Shown piece by piece: positions 1 through 10,732 of a DNA stretch of 20,000 nt (within the stretch, counting starts at the first letter, position 1; every line of letters begins with the position of its first letter). Source of the DNA: Chiloscyllium plagiosum (taxonomy: Eukaryota); the NCBI RefSeq assembly GCF_004010195.1, contig NC_057720.1, forward strand, positions 2,732,822 to 2,752,821. Reading direction: 5' to 3'. A program made the translations under genes and the position numbers. The notes under the pieces are model-generated. The model saw nothing but the letters and a program-made list of their open reading frames with translations, was not told the DNA's origin and did not search any database.

Positions 1-69
1 AGATAGTGGCACATTTGGGATTGTTGAACATGTACAATATTAGAGGCACATCCATCAGTATTGATTTGA

Positions 70-535
70 CCATAATTCATAGGTGTGGAAGCAAGGCCTT
101 TCGGTCCATCGAGTCCACTCTGCCATTTAATCATGGCTGGTGGGCATTTCAATTCCACTTGCCCACACTCTCCCCCTAGCCCTTAATTCCTTGCGAGATT
201 GAGAATTTATCAATCTCTGCCTTGAAGACACCCAACATCCCGCCTCCACTGCGCTCTATGGCAATGAATTCCACAGGCCCACCACTCTCTGCCTGAAGAA
301 ATGTCTTCTCATTTCCATTCTAAATTGATCCCCTCTAATTCTAAGGCTGTGCCCATGGGTCCAAAACTCCCCACCTAACGGAAGCAGCCTCCCAGCGTTC
401 ACTCTTTCTGAGCCATGCATTATCTTGTAAGTTTCTATTAGATCTCCAGTCAATCTTCAAAGCCCTAATGAATTCAATCCCAGGATCCCTAGCTAATCAT
501 CATATATTAGGCCTACCATTCCAGGGATCATCTGA
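70..535 (-). mobile_element. CR1 LINE 3' fragment (ORF2 C-terminus + 3' UTR)
   Basis: ORF 256-453(-) GDLIETYKIMHG...HGHSLRIRG...FFRQRVVGLWNSLP is the typical CR1 ORF2 C-terminus; CR1-type 3' UTR follows toward ~70. Confidence 0.88.
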
Positions 536-2003
536 TTTGATGTTGGATTTTGAAAGGGGGGTTAGTTGGACAGTCTGTATTGTGTCCATTATGAAATACT
601 GAAGAAACATTGCTGGTTTTGATTTTAGAAGTAAAGGGACTCTAGTTTAAATTTGCATAAAAGTAAATCATAGTCAGATTTTGCCACATGTTAGAGGACC
701 AATTTGCTTGACAAATAGGATTTTATTTCTTGTTCATTGATGAAACCTGGAGTGAGTTTCCTTTACTTTAGACAATGTCCATAATCAGGCATTAACCTTG
801 AAGACAAAGTCCAGAGTTAGGATATTAGCAACAATCCACTTCTACCTGGAATTCTTCAATAGGATTAATCCTTTTCCAAAATGAAAGACCAGAAGGGTCA
901 CTTTGGGATAAGGGTGACTTCAGACCAAGGAGCCACCAATAAAAGGCTGATGTCCCTCCAGAGTACACATTGTAGTCATGAACAACGATAATTCAGATGA
1001 GGTTTGAGGGGCTGAATGGCTCACTTTTATCCCGATTTTTGAATGGTTAAATTAGACAGAAATTAAACCATACCGGACTTGGCCATATTTCACATTTTGA
1101 CGATTGTGGAAAATAAGGCTGGAATTCCAACTCACTGTTCTGACCAGGATTGTGACAGCATTGACTGGTGAAGTTAGGCTTATGATAGGCTAACTCATTG
1201 GTGGATTTGAGAAATGCACAAAAACTAACTGAATAAATCGTTTTAAGTCTAATTCTGATTGATCACTGCCAAGTGTGTAAAATATAAAGGAAGAATAATG
1301 GCTGAAGTTAAGACATGATGGCATTTAGGATAGAACAGATTCCTGAGGCTGAATGGCCTCCTCCTGCGCCAATCCTCTTTGACCCACGTTGCTTGTGCAG
1401 TCAAAATGTTACATCGTGGAGTAAAACAACAACATAAGGTGGCATTTGAATTTTGAGAGCAATTTGTAAGTTGTCATATGGTGTCCGCAGTTCTTATTAA
1501 CTGAAAGGCTGTGTAAATCCTGCTCATAGTTGGTAGGGAGGTTTTTGAGAGTTAGTGCCACCATGCCTCTCAACGTTAATTTTGTTAAGAGCAAGTGCAA
1601 TGTCAAAGGGAATCAGGGAAGACTCGAGGAGGATATTTTTTCCATGCGTGCCAGCTCTCCATTCTCATGAACAATTAGGGGAATCAGGTCCCACCATGTG
1701 AGAGGCAGGCACCCGGCTGAGACAATCTCCAGTTGGATAGTGAGGAGGCGAGCTCACTCTCCAGCACAGTGTTGTGAAAGCTGGGGTCCAATTGAACATC
1801 CTCTGGTACTGAAAAAGCGACAGGTTGACCTCTCAAAAAAGTGAGAGGGATAAAAAGAGAATGTGGCTGTGCCAAGATGGTGGTACCTCTAATCCAAGCC
1901 TTTTAACCTTAAACTGAAACCTGGCCTCAGCAATTGGACTGTCTTTGTGGAGGGGAACCTACAATCTTAACTACTAATATGTTGTTTCCTCTCTTTATTG
2001 CAG

Positions 2004-2048
2004 GGTTTAGTTGGGCCCAAGGGAAAGCCTGGCCCGAAAGGTAGACGG
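2004..2048 (+). CDS. COL24A1: Fibrillar collagen triple-helix exon, 45 bp, phase 0 (GLVGPKGKPGPKGRR); collagen alpha-1(XXIV)-like
   Basis: Pyrimidine tract + TTGCAG acceptor ending 2003; GTGAGT donor at 2049; 5 perfect Gly-X-Y triplets; 45 bp is a canonical fibrillar collagen exon size. Resembles human COL24A1 GLAGPEGNPGPKGAQ as I recall it. The exon is near certain, the gene symbol less so. Confidence 0.85.
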
Positions 2049-2099
2049 GTGAGTACATCTTTGTAGATGCTTGAAGAATAACAGCAAGTGCGATGTAAA

Positions 2100-2455
2100 A
2101 CAAGGAAGAGCTAAAACAGGCCATTCAGCCCCACCCATCCCCATTCAACAAGTTTATGGCTGTCATCCAGCTCAACTCCACCAACCCACTCTCTTCCCAT
2201 GTTTCTTAATTCCTTTAATACCTAAAGAAACATACATCAGACATAGGAGCAGGCCATTCAACCCTTCGAATCTACTTCACCATTCATTGTGACTGTGGCT
2301 GTTTGTCCAACTCAACAGTATGTTCCCTCACCTCCTTTGATCCCATTAGCCTCCAGTGCTGTATCTAACTCCTTCTTGAAGGTTTTGGCATTGATTGCTT
2401 TCTGTGGTAACGAATCCACTCTCTGGGTGAAGAAATTTCTCCTCAGCTCAGTATC
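2100..2455 (-). mobile_element. Two adjacent degenerate CR1 3' ends
   Basis: Two copies of the reverse-complement tail motif (AGGCCATTCAGCCC / AGGCCATTCAACCC) near 2118 and 2252; ORF 2312-2554(-) contains ELRRNFFTQRV...FKKELD. Confidence 0.75.
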
Positions 2456-2749
2456 GATCTTTGTGCTGAATACATTCGATGACTGGTCATCCAAAGAGAA
2501 TTGCAAAGATTGATAAGTGAATTTATAGATCAACGAGTGAAGAAATGTTTCCACATCTCAGTACTGTAGATCCCGCATTCTAAATTCCCTTTCCAGAAGA
2601 AGACTTTCTAACATCCAAGGAATATTATTATCTCAGAACACCTGGATAAGACAGATCCCAGAAGAAATCCTGACTTGATAGGTCACATGTTATTGTATTT
2701 TTGTTTAGTTAGTTAAGGTGGTAGCTAGTCACTGAGACATATTTACATC

Positions 2750-3000
2750 TGAGGCAGTTAGAGACGGATAATAAACACTGGCCTGGATAGTGACACCAGC
2801 ATCACATGAATGAATTGTAAAAAACAGTGTATTATATATAGATATAACTTTTTGGAGTTTGAATTTCAAAATAGTGGTATCTGGGTGTTTAGCATCAGGA
2901 ATAACAGCAGTTCAAGAAGGGAGCTCACCCTCACCTTTTCCAAGCAATAAATGCAGGCCCAGCCTGTGGCGCCCACATCCCATGAGCCTGTAAATAAAAC
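2750..3000 (+). mobile_element. Two short 3' tails of the L2/Crack-like LINE or its partner SINE
   Basis: AATAAACACTGGCCTGG...CATCACATGAATGAAT (~2770-2815) and GCAATAAATGCAGGCCCAGCC...GCCCACATCCCATGA (~2944-2985) match the tail at 8400-8470 and 16940-17000. Confidence 0.6.
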
Positions 3001-3039
3001 ATGAACAGTTTCTCAAATATAAATATTGCTTTTCTGAAC

Positions 3040-3740
3040 CTTGCAGCACAGAAGATTCCATTCAGCCCATTAGGTTTTTGTCTCCTTTGAAGAGTAATCC
3101 AATTACTCGCACTCACCCACCACTCTCAATTCGTTTTGCAAATTACTATCGAATATGCATCCGCTGCCCTATCAGGAGACTCTATTGCAAATCCAAACTA
3201 CTCTCCGGATAAAGGAAAAGATGTCTTCTTGTCACCTCTCACAATTAGTCAATCATAAGAAGTTGAAGATCTATATATTTATTGGTTTTGAGTCATCCAT
3301 TTAGAACGCATCCACCAAATTTCCTGCTAGTTTTGCTCTCTTCAACAACAAGCCAGGTTTCACCCCAGGGCATCAATGTGGACTTCAACATTCCCTCATT
3401 TCCCCTTCCCCCACCTCACCCTAGTTCTAAACTTCCAGCTCAGCACTGTCCCCATGACTTGTCCTACCTGCCTATCTCCTTTTCCACCTATCCACTCCAC
3501 TGCTGTGCTCTTCCAGCACCACTAATCCAGAATCAGTTTTCAGCCTTATCCATCTCCCTGGAGACACTTTTAGACACTTCCTGTCCATCCTCTCCACATT
3601 CTTCCCAAACGATTATGCCCAGAATTGAATACTGCAGCTGGAATGAGAGATTTATAAATGTCTACCATAACCTCTTGGATTCTGCTCTGCATGCTTCTAT
3701 TTATAAAGTCCAGGTCCCACATACTTCATTAGCTTCTCCG
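3040..3740 (-). mobile_element. Old degenerate CR1 3' region interrupted by a Penelope-like fragment
   Basis: Tail motif CATTCAGCCCAT at ~3060; 3590-3735 reads on the minus strand as a decayed version of the CR1 segment (GFINRG...LYKSL...FW) that is intact at ~5770-5890. Confidence 0.55.
3360..3535 (+). mobile_element. Penelope-like element 3' fragment with internal deletion
   Basis: PQGINVDF end of the endonuclease ORF and a C/T-rich 3' region homologous to 7140-7290; ends GCTGTGCTCTTCCAGCACCACTAATCCAGAATC, near-identical to the reverse complement of ~19144-19177; the hammerhead segment is missing. Confidence 0.75.
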
Positions 3741-5154
3741 TTAACCTCCATTAACATGTGAGTATCAGAAACAAGAGTGATGAACTTAGAGCATGGATCA
3801 GTACTTGGGGCTACGATGTTGTGGCCATAACGGAGACGTGGGTTTCACGAGGACAGGATTGGTTGCTTGATGTTCCAGGGTTTAGAATGTTTAAAAAGAA
3901 TAGGGAGGGTGGAAAAAGAGGAGGGGGATGTAGCATTGCTAATCAGAGAGTGCATCACAGCTACAGAAACGAAGGTTGTTGAGGAAGGTTTGTCAGTATG
4001 GGTCGAAGTTAGGAACAGCAAGGGAACAGCTCAGTCCATTTCTGGGAGTTTTCCACAGACTCCCTAATAGCAGTAGGGAGATTGAAGATCTCATAGGCAG
4101 GCAGATTCTGGAAAAATGCAAAAGTAGCAGAGTTGTTGTTATGGGTGACTTCAACTTTCCTAATATCGATTGGAACCTCCCAAGTGCAGATGGTTTGGAT
4201 GGAGCCGTTTTTGTCAGGTGTGTTCGGGAGGGTTTCCTTACTCAGTATGGAGACAGGCCGACGAGGGGAGAGGCCATTTTGGATTTGGTGCTCGGAAAAG
4301 AGCCAGGACAGGTGTTCAGATCTCGCGGTGGGTGAACACTTTGGTGACAGTGATCACAACTGCCTCACATTTACCATAGCCATGGAGAGGGAAAGGAGCA
4401 GTTACTGAGGGAAGATATTTAATTGAGGAAAAGGAAATTATGTCGCTATCAGACAGGAGTTGGGAACTACAGACTGGGAGCAATTATTCCACAGAAAGGG
4501 CACAGCAGACATGTGGAGACTGTTTAAGGAGCAGTTGTTGTGAGTGATGCACAAATTTGTTCCTCTGAGACAGGCAAGAAGGGGTAAGATTAAGGAACCT
4601 TGGATGACGAGAACCGAGGAGCTTCTCGTCAAAAGGAAGCAGTTTACGTAAGGTGGAGGAAGCAAGGGTCTAGCACAGCTTTAAAGGATTACAGGCTTGC
4701 TAGAAAGGAGCTCAGAAATGGCCTGAGGAGAGCCAGGAGGGGGCATGAAAAAGGCTTGGCAGGAAGGATTAGGGGAGAAACCAAAGGCATTTTACTCATA
4801 TGTGAGGAATAAGAGAAAGATCAGGGAGAAGGTCGAGCCGATCAGTTGAGGGATAGGATTTGTGACTGTTTGGCAAAGCATAGTGTGATTAAAGGCAGTC
4901 AGCATGGCTTTGTAAGGGGCAGGTCATGCCTCACAAATCTTATTGAGTTCTTTGAGGAGGTGACAAGACAGGTTGATGAACGTTGAGCAGTGGATGTGGT
5001 GTATATGGGCTTCAGCAAGGCATTTGATAAGGTTCTCCATGACAGGCTCATTTACAAAGTCAGGAAGTATGGGATGCAGGGAGATTTGGCTGTCTGGATT
5101 CAGAATTGATTGGCTGACAGAAGGCAGAGAGTGGTTGTAGATGGAAAGTATTCT

Positions 5155-5366
5155 TCAAAGTTTGTGAGAAGATTTGTAGCTTGGGTGCTTGTTGTTGTGG
5201 TTCTGTTCGCCGAGCTGGGAATTTGTGTTGCAGACGTTTCGTCCCCTGTCTAGGTGACATCCTCAGAGCTTGGGAGCCTCCTGTGAAGCGCTTCTGTGTT
5301 GTTTCCTCCGGCATTTGTAGTGGTTTGTATCTGCCGCTTCCGGTTGTCAGTTCCAGCTGTCCCCAA
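5155..5366 (-). mobile_element. Penelope-like element terminal fragment inserted in CR1, 12-bp TSD
   Basis: GGAAAGTATTCT duplicated at 5143-5154 and 5367-5378; CR1 RT sequence resumes after the second copy; the insert carries a hammerhead-like motif on the minus strand. Confidence 0.85.
5229..5270 (-). ncRNA. Minimal hammerhead ribozyme motif (PLE type)
   Basis: Minus strand CUGAGGA-U-GUCACC UAGACA GGGGAC-GAAA-CGUC: both core boxes, stem II, palindromic ACGU stem III and GUC site. Stem I is weak (first pair U-U). Confidence 0.7.
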
Positions 5367-6984
5367 GGAAAGTATTCTGCCTGGAGCTCAGTGTTGAGTG
5401 GGGTCCCTCAGAGCTCTGTTCTTGGGCCTCTGCTCTTTGTAGTTTTTATAAATGACTGGGATGAGGAGGTTGAGGGGTGGGTTAGTAAATTTGCTGATGA
5501 CACAAAGATTGGAGGTGTTGTTGATAGTATTGAGGGCTACTGCAGGCTCAGTGCAACATAGACAGGATGCAGAGCTGGGCTGAGAAATGGCAGATTGAGT
5601 TCAACCTGGATAAATGCGAAGTGATGCATTTTGGAAGGTCAAACTCGAATGTTGAATATAGGATTAAAGACAGGATACTTTGTAGTGTGGAGGAACAGAG
5701 GGATCTGGGTGTACAAGTACATCAATCCCTCAAATTTGCCACCCAAGTGGATAGGGTTGTTAAGAAAGCATATGGTGTTTTGGCTTTCATTAACAGAGGG
5801 ATCGAGTTTAAGAGCTGCGAGGTTTTGCTACAGCTCTACAAGTCCCTGGTGAGACCACACTTGGAATACTGTGTCCAGTTCTGGTCGCCCTACTATAGGA
5901 AAGATACAGAGGCTTTGGAGAGGGTGCAAAGAAGGTTTACCAGGATGCTGCCTGGACTGGAGGGCTCGCCTTATGAAGAGAGGTTGATTAGGCTCGGACT
6001 TTTCTCTCTGGAGAGAAGGAGGAAGAGAGGAGACCTGATCGAGGTGTACACAATAATGAGAGGAATAGATAGAGACAATAGCCAGAGACGTTACCCCAGG
6101 GCAGGATTGACTGGTACGAGGGGTCATAGTTTTAAGATATTAGGAGAAAGGTATAGAGGAGACTTCAGAGGTAGGTTCTTTGTGAATGTATGGAATGCGT
6201 TGCCAGCGATGGTGGTAGAAGCAGAGTCATTAGGGACATTTAAGCGACTGCTGGACATGCACATGGATAGCAGTGAGTTGAGGGATGCGTAGGTTAAGTT
6301 ATTATATTTTACATTGGGATTAAACCTCGGCACAACATCGTGGGCCTAAAGGCCTGATCTGTGCTGTACTTTTCTATGTTCTATCTTCCCAGAACACCGT
6401 CCCGTCCCCGCCTGGGGCATCTTCAATCTCACATCCTCCCCAAACCCACTTTAAAGTTGTAAAGCTGCTTTGTCCATCCATCCTAATTTGATCCATCTTG
6501 GCATGAATAGTTCAGAAGATTTGGTCCTTACAGTGAGATCTGAATGAGCATTTGACCAGCTGATGCTTCCTTTTGTACAATTATAGTTGTCAAAGTCGGT
6601 AAAATCTCCAGTAAGATTTGAACCCACTGACCCATGCTCGGTGAAGCTATGGATCTATAAACTGAGCTGTGGAATTGCCCAGACATCTGTAATAGTTGTG
6701 CCTCGATTTACAATATTTTAGATTCGCAGTTTGGAAAAAGAAATCAGCTCCTTAAGGGATTGTTGAAGAATAGAGCTTTTATATTCAATGTTGGATATTT
6801 TAATGTGTAAATTGAGCCAGTTCTTCTTGTTGCCCTCAGCATTTTCATTTCTGATCACGGACTTTCTCTGTAACAATGAGTATTTCTCATTATATCGATC
6901 TTACAACACAGAAGGAGGCTATTCAGTCTTACTGTTCTGTGCTAGTTTTATGTTCCACACAAATTTCCTCCCACACCTTCAACG

Positions 6985-7500
6985 TTTCACCCCACCCAAA
7001 CAATCCCACCGCCCCGGGCCGAACACTTTAACTCCCCCTTCCACTTCCCCAAGGACATGCAGGTCCTGGGCCTCCTCAATCGCCAAACCTTAACCACCTG
7101 TTGCCTGGAGGAAGAACACCTCATTTTCTGCCTGGGGACCCTCCAACTACATGGGATCAAAGTAGATTTCACCAGTTTCCTCATTTCCCCTCCCCCACCT
7201 TATCCCAGTCCCAACGTTTCAACGCAGCATCACCCTGTTTAACTGTCCTACCTGTCCATCTTCTTTCCCACCTATCTGCTCCGCCCTCCTCTCCGACCTA
7301 TCACCTTCACCCCACATTTATCTACTAATCGCACTCTCAGCTACCTTTCCCACAGCCCTACTCCCGTCCCATTTATCTCTCAGCCCCCTTGGGCCACCAG
7401 CCTCATTCCTGATTAAGGGCTTATGCCCGAAACGTCGATTCTCCTGCTCCTTGGATGCTGCCTGACCTGCTGTGCTTTTCCAGCACCACACTCTCAAATC
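6985..7500 (+). mobile_element. Penelope-like element 3' end (GIY-YIG endonuclease C-terminus + pLTR)
   Basis: HFNSP...DMQVLGLL.RQTLTT..LEEEHLIFCLGTLQLHGIKVDF matches the PLE GIY-YIG C-terminal pattern (E..I..L.T..P.G.N); followed by a C/T-rich region and a damaged hammerhead at 7409-7436 (CUGAUUA). Confidence 0.85.
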
Positions 7501-7699
7501 CCAACCTATCAGTCTATTCTTCTAAACCTTTCTTCCTCATGGATTTATCCAGCTTCCATTTAAAGGTATTAATATTCATTCTGACCATTCCCTGTGGAAA
7601 TTAATCCCACATTCTCCCTGTTCTCTGGATGAAATATTTCCCTACAAAAGCCAGATAGACTCTGGGATATGGAGAATGGTGAGATCACAGAGCTCTCTC

Positions 7700-8100
7700 A
7701 TTTTTATTTGTTCATTCATGGGATGTGGGCATCACCAGCGGCATCATGCATTTATTTCCCATCCCTAATTGCCCCTTGAAAGGTGGTAGTGAACTGCCTT
7801 CTTGAACCGCTGCAGCCCATGTGCTGTGGGTGAAATAACTCCACAGAGGCTGAGAATCCATCACCAAGCCCCTCCTTTATTTACAAATCAGGAATCCTCG
7901 AAACTGATCCAGCTCCCTCAGGGCCAGCTCTCAGAGTGAACAAAACCTCAGACACTCCTATTTATATCTGTCAGCCAGGGCTTCCTGATTGGACCAGATT
8001 AACAGCCCCAGTCAGGGAACTCACATTTTAGGAGGTCCACCTACATTACAATCGCTACAGTAGGTAGCCCCACAATGCCACTGTGATGGGAATTCCAGAC
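7700..8100 (-). mobile_element. L2/Crack-like LINE 3' tail, split by a solo LTR
   Basis: Reverse complement of the tail at 8300-8470 (TTCATGGGATGTGGGC...CCCATCCCTAATTGCCCCTTGA...); homology resumes at 8060 after the LTR. Confidence 0.75.
7831..8059 (-). mobile_element. Solo LTR (229 bp), probably Gypsy- or BEL-type
   Basis: TG...CA termini; 5-bp TSD with one mismatch (GTGGG 7826-7830 / GTAGG 8060-8064); minus strand has CCAAT (7988-7992), TATAAATAG (7958-7966), then AATAAA (7876-7881) in U3-R-U5 order. Confidence 0.8.
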
Positions 8101-8470
8101 ATTACAGTGAATACCTTCTACAAAATGCACTGCAGGATTCTCTGACAGCACCTTCAAAGCCCTGACCGTGACCTCAACTACCAGGAAGGACACAGACAGC
8201 AGATACATGGGAACCCCACCCCCCTGAAAGTTCCCCTCCAAACTACTCACCATCCTGACTTGGAAATATATCACCGTTCCTTCATTGTTGTTTGGTCAAA
8301 ATCCTGGAACGCCCTGCCTAACGGCATCGTAAGTCTACCCATAGCACCTGGACAGCAGTGGTTCATATGCTTTAGGTAGCTCACCCCCACCTTCTCAAGT
8401 CGCAATTGGGGATTGATAAGAAATTCTGGCCCAGTCATTGATGCCAACATCCTCGCAATGAATAAATAAA
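8100..8470 (+). mobile_element. L2/Crack-like LINE 3' fragment
   Basis: Colinear with 16670-17000 (CTACAAAATGCACTGCAG...CTCACCATCCTGACTTGGAAATATATCAC...TCAAAATCCTGGAA...); ends AATGAATAAATAAA. Confidence 0.8.
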
Positions 8471-8531
8471 TCGAGACGCTGCTTTCCCAACAGGGAAAGA
8501 GCAATCTTAACTTTGCGGATCATGCTGTGTC

Positions 8532-8762
8532 GGAGAAAGTGAGGACTGCAGATGCTGGAGTTATCAGGGTCGAGAGTGGGGTGCTGGAAAAGCGCAGTGG
8601 GTCAGGCAGCATCCAAGGAGCAGGAGAATTGACATTTCAGGTATAAACCTGATGATTTCTGATGAAGGGCTTATGCCTGAAACGTCGATTCTCCTGCTCC
8701 ACAGATGCTGCCTGACCCGCTGTGCTTTTCCAGCACCCCACTCTCGACCTGGTCTTGCAGTC
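8532..8762. repeat. Head-to-head inverted pair of Penelope pLTR ends forming a hairpin with ~80-bp arms
   Basis: 8568-8650 is the near reverse complement of 8666-8749 (GGTCGAGAGTGGGGTGCTGGAAAAG... / ...CTTTTCCAGCACCCCACTCTCGACC). Confidence 0.9.
8655..8691 (+). ncRNA. Minimal hammerhead ribozyme motif (PLE type)
   Basis: CUGAUGA(8659-8665)-A-GGGC UUAU GCCU-GAAA-CGUC(8686): core boxes intact, G-U wobble at the base of stem II, weak stem I. Confidence 0.65.
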
Positions 8763-9327
8763 TGCTCCTCTGATTGGCCATGTCTGTGTCTACCTGCATC
8801 AAAATTGAGTCTTGTTTCACATCAAATACCCGAAATTATGTTCGTTAGAACAGATTACCTCATCATATTTTTGAATTTTACCCTAAAACTATATCCAACA
8901 AGCGCAAAGAGAAACCGAAGGAATTACTTTACAATTCCCTACCTAAAAGTCAATCATGAATTACTCATGTAAAGGTCTCATTTTTTCATGTGGTCTGATA
9001 GATGTAACTGTTCATCCATAAAGCCTGCATTTGTACACCACCTTCAGCATAATAAACTGGTCGACAGGAATGGACTTAATCAATAACCTCTGATGCTGAG
9101 CTGAGAAAGGCCAGATGATCTGAAATCAGGTCAAATAAAATTTTCATGTGGAAGGAGGAGAGAAGGAGAGGTGGTGAGGATAAGGATAGAATTCCAAATG
9201 TGCCAGAGGCCAGAATTGGAGGAGCGCTGAGATGTGTTTGGTAGGAATGTTCACGTATTGCTGATGTGCCATCATTGCTATGGAATTATGGGAGCCCCTG
9301 TGAGTCATGTTTTTACCAAACAGCAAG

Positions 9328-9523
9328 TCATAGAACATAGAACATAGAACAATACAGCACAGAACAGGCCCTTCGGCCCACGATATTGTGCCGAACATTT
9401 GTCCTAGCTTAAGCACCTATCCATGTACCTATCCAATTGCCGCTTAAAGGTCACCAATGATTCTGACTCTGCCACTCCCACAGGCAGCGCATTCCATGCC
9501 CCCACCACTCTCTGGGTAAAGAA
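9328..9523 (-). mobile_element. CR1 3' end with (TAGAACA)n tail, running into an assembly gap
   Basis: CATAGAA repeats at ~9330-9350; minus strand FFTQRVVGAWNALP...FKRQLD; same tail type as 6330-6384. Confidence 0.88.
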
Positions 9524-10490
9524 NNNNNNNNNNNNNNNNNNNNNNNNNNNNNNNNNNNNNNNNNNNNNNNNNNNNNNNNNNNNNNNNNNNNNNNNNNNNN
9601 NNNNNNNNNNNNNNNNNNNNNNNNNNNNNNNNNNNNNNNNNNNNNNNNNNNNNNNNNNNNNNNNNNNNNNNNNNNNNNNNNNNNNNNNNNNNNNNNNNNN
9701 NNNNNNNNNNNNNNNNNNNNNNNNNNNNNNNNNNNNNNNNNNNNNNNNNNNNNNNNNNNNNNNNNNNNNNNNNNNNNNNNNNNNNNNNNNNNNNNNNNNN
9801 NNNNNNNNNNNNNNNNNNNNNNNNNNNNNNNNNNNNNNNNNNNNNNNNNNNNNNNNNNNNNNNNNNNNNNNNNNNNNNNNNNNNNNNNNNNNNNNNNNNN
9901 NNNNNNNNNNNNNNNNNNNNNNNNNNNNNNNNNNNNNNNNNNNNNNNNNNNNNNNNNNNNNNNNNNNNNNNNNNNNNNNNNNNNNNNNNNNNNNNNNNNN
10001 NNNNNNNNNNNNNNNNNNNNNNNNNNNNNNNNNNNNNNNNNNNNNNNNNNNNNNNNNNNNNNNNNNNNNNNNNNNNNNNNNNNNNNNNNNNNNNNNNNNN
10101 NNNNNNNNNNNNNNNNNNNNNNNNNNNNNNNNNNNNNNNNNNNNNNNNNNNNNNNNNNNNNNNNNNNNNNNNNNNNNNNNNNNNNNNNNNNNNNNNNNNN
10201 NNNNNNNNNNNNNNNNNNNNNNNNNNNNNNNNNNNNNNNNNNNNNNNNNNNNNNNNNNNNNNNNNNNNNNNNNNNNNNNNNNNNNNNNNNNNNNNNNNNN
10301 NNNNNNNNNNNNNNNNNNNNNNNNNNNNNNNNNNNNNNNNNNNNNNNNNNNNNNNNNNNNNNNNNNNNNNNNNNNNNNNNNNNNNNNNNNNNNNNNNNNN
10401 NNNNNNNNNNNNNNNNNNNNNNNNNNNNNNNNNNNNNNNNNNNNNNNNNNNNNNNNNNNNNNNNNNNNNNNNNNNNNNNNNNNNNNNNNN
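9524..10490. other. Assembly gap (967 N)
   Basis: Run of N. Confidence 1.
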
Positions 10491-10732
10491 CTCCGGCCTA
10501 TCACCCTCACCTTGACCTCCCTCCACCTATCGCATTTCCAAAGCCCCTCCCCCAAGTCCCTCCTCCCTACCTTTTATCTTAGCCTGCTGGACACACTTTC
10601 CTCATTCCTGAAGAAGGGCTTATGCCCGAAACATCGATTCTCCTGTTCCTTGGATGCTGCCTGACCTGCTGCACTTTTCCAGCAACACATTTTCAGCTCT
10701 GATCTCCAGCATCTGCAGTCCTCACTTTCTCT
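10491..10732 (+). mobile_element. Penelope-like pLTR/3' end with hammerhead motif at 10608-10635
   Basis: CUGAAGA-A-GGGC UUAU GCCC-GAAA-CAUC (stem III palindrome broken by a G>A change); ends CCAGCATCTGCAGTCCTCACTTTCTC, the reverse complement of 8533-8558. Confidence 0.85.

Larger units (their letters stand above)
3751..6384 (+). mobile_element. CR1 LINE, ORF2 (APE + RT) with stops/frameshifts, an internal deletion near 4845 and a nested insertion at 5155-5366; 3' tail present
   Basis: APE motifs SIRNKSDELRAWI..YDVVAITETW, MGDFNFPNIDW, SDHN; RT motifs GVPQSSVLGPLLF, FADDTKIGG; C-terminus LVRPHLEYCVQFWSP, RGDLIEVY, WNALP; tail ...TTCTATGTTCTAT. Non-functional. Confidence 0.96.

Noticed and set aside
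5181..5561. Cys-rich 126-aa ORF fused to RT motifs as a novel RT fusion
   Set aside because: Chance read-through from the antisense PLE insert into CR1 RT across the TSD.
5567..6292. 241-aa ORF as a host or domesticated gene
   Set aside because: It is the CR1 ORF2 C-terminus; the rest of the copy has stops, frameshifts, a deletion and an insertion, so the open stretch is best explained by young age.
3730..6400. TSD around the long CR1 copy
   Set aside because: Only a loose CTTCTCC/CTTCCC similarity; not convincing.
9404..10664. 360-413 aa ORFs on both strands
   Set aside because: Artefacts of translating through 967 N.
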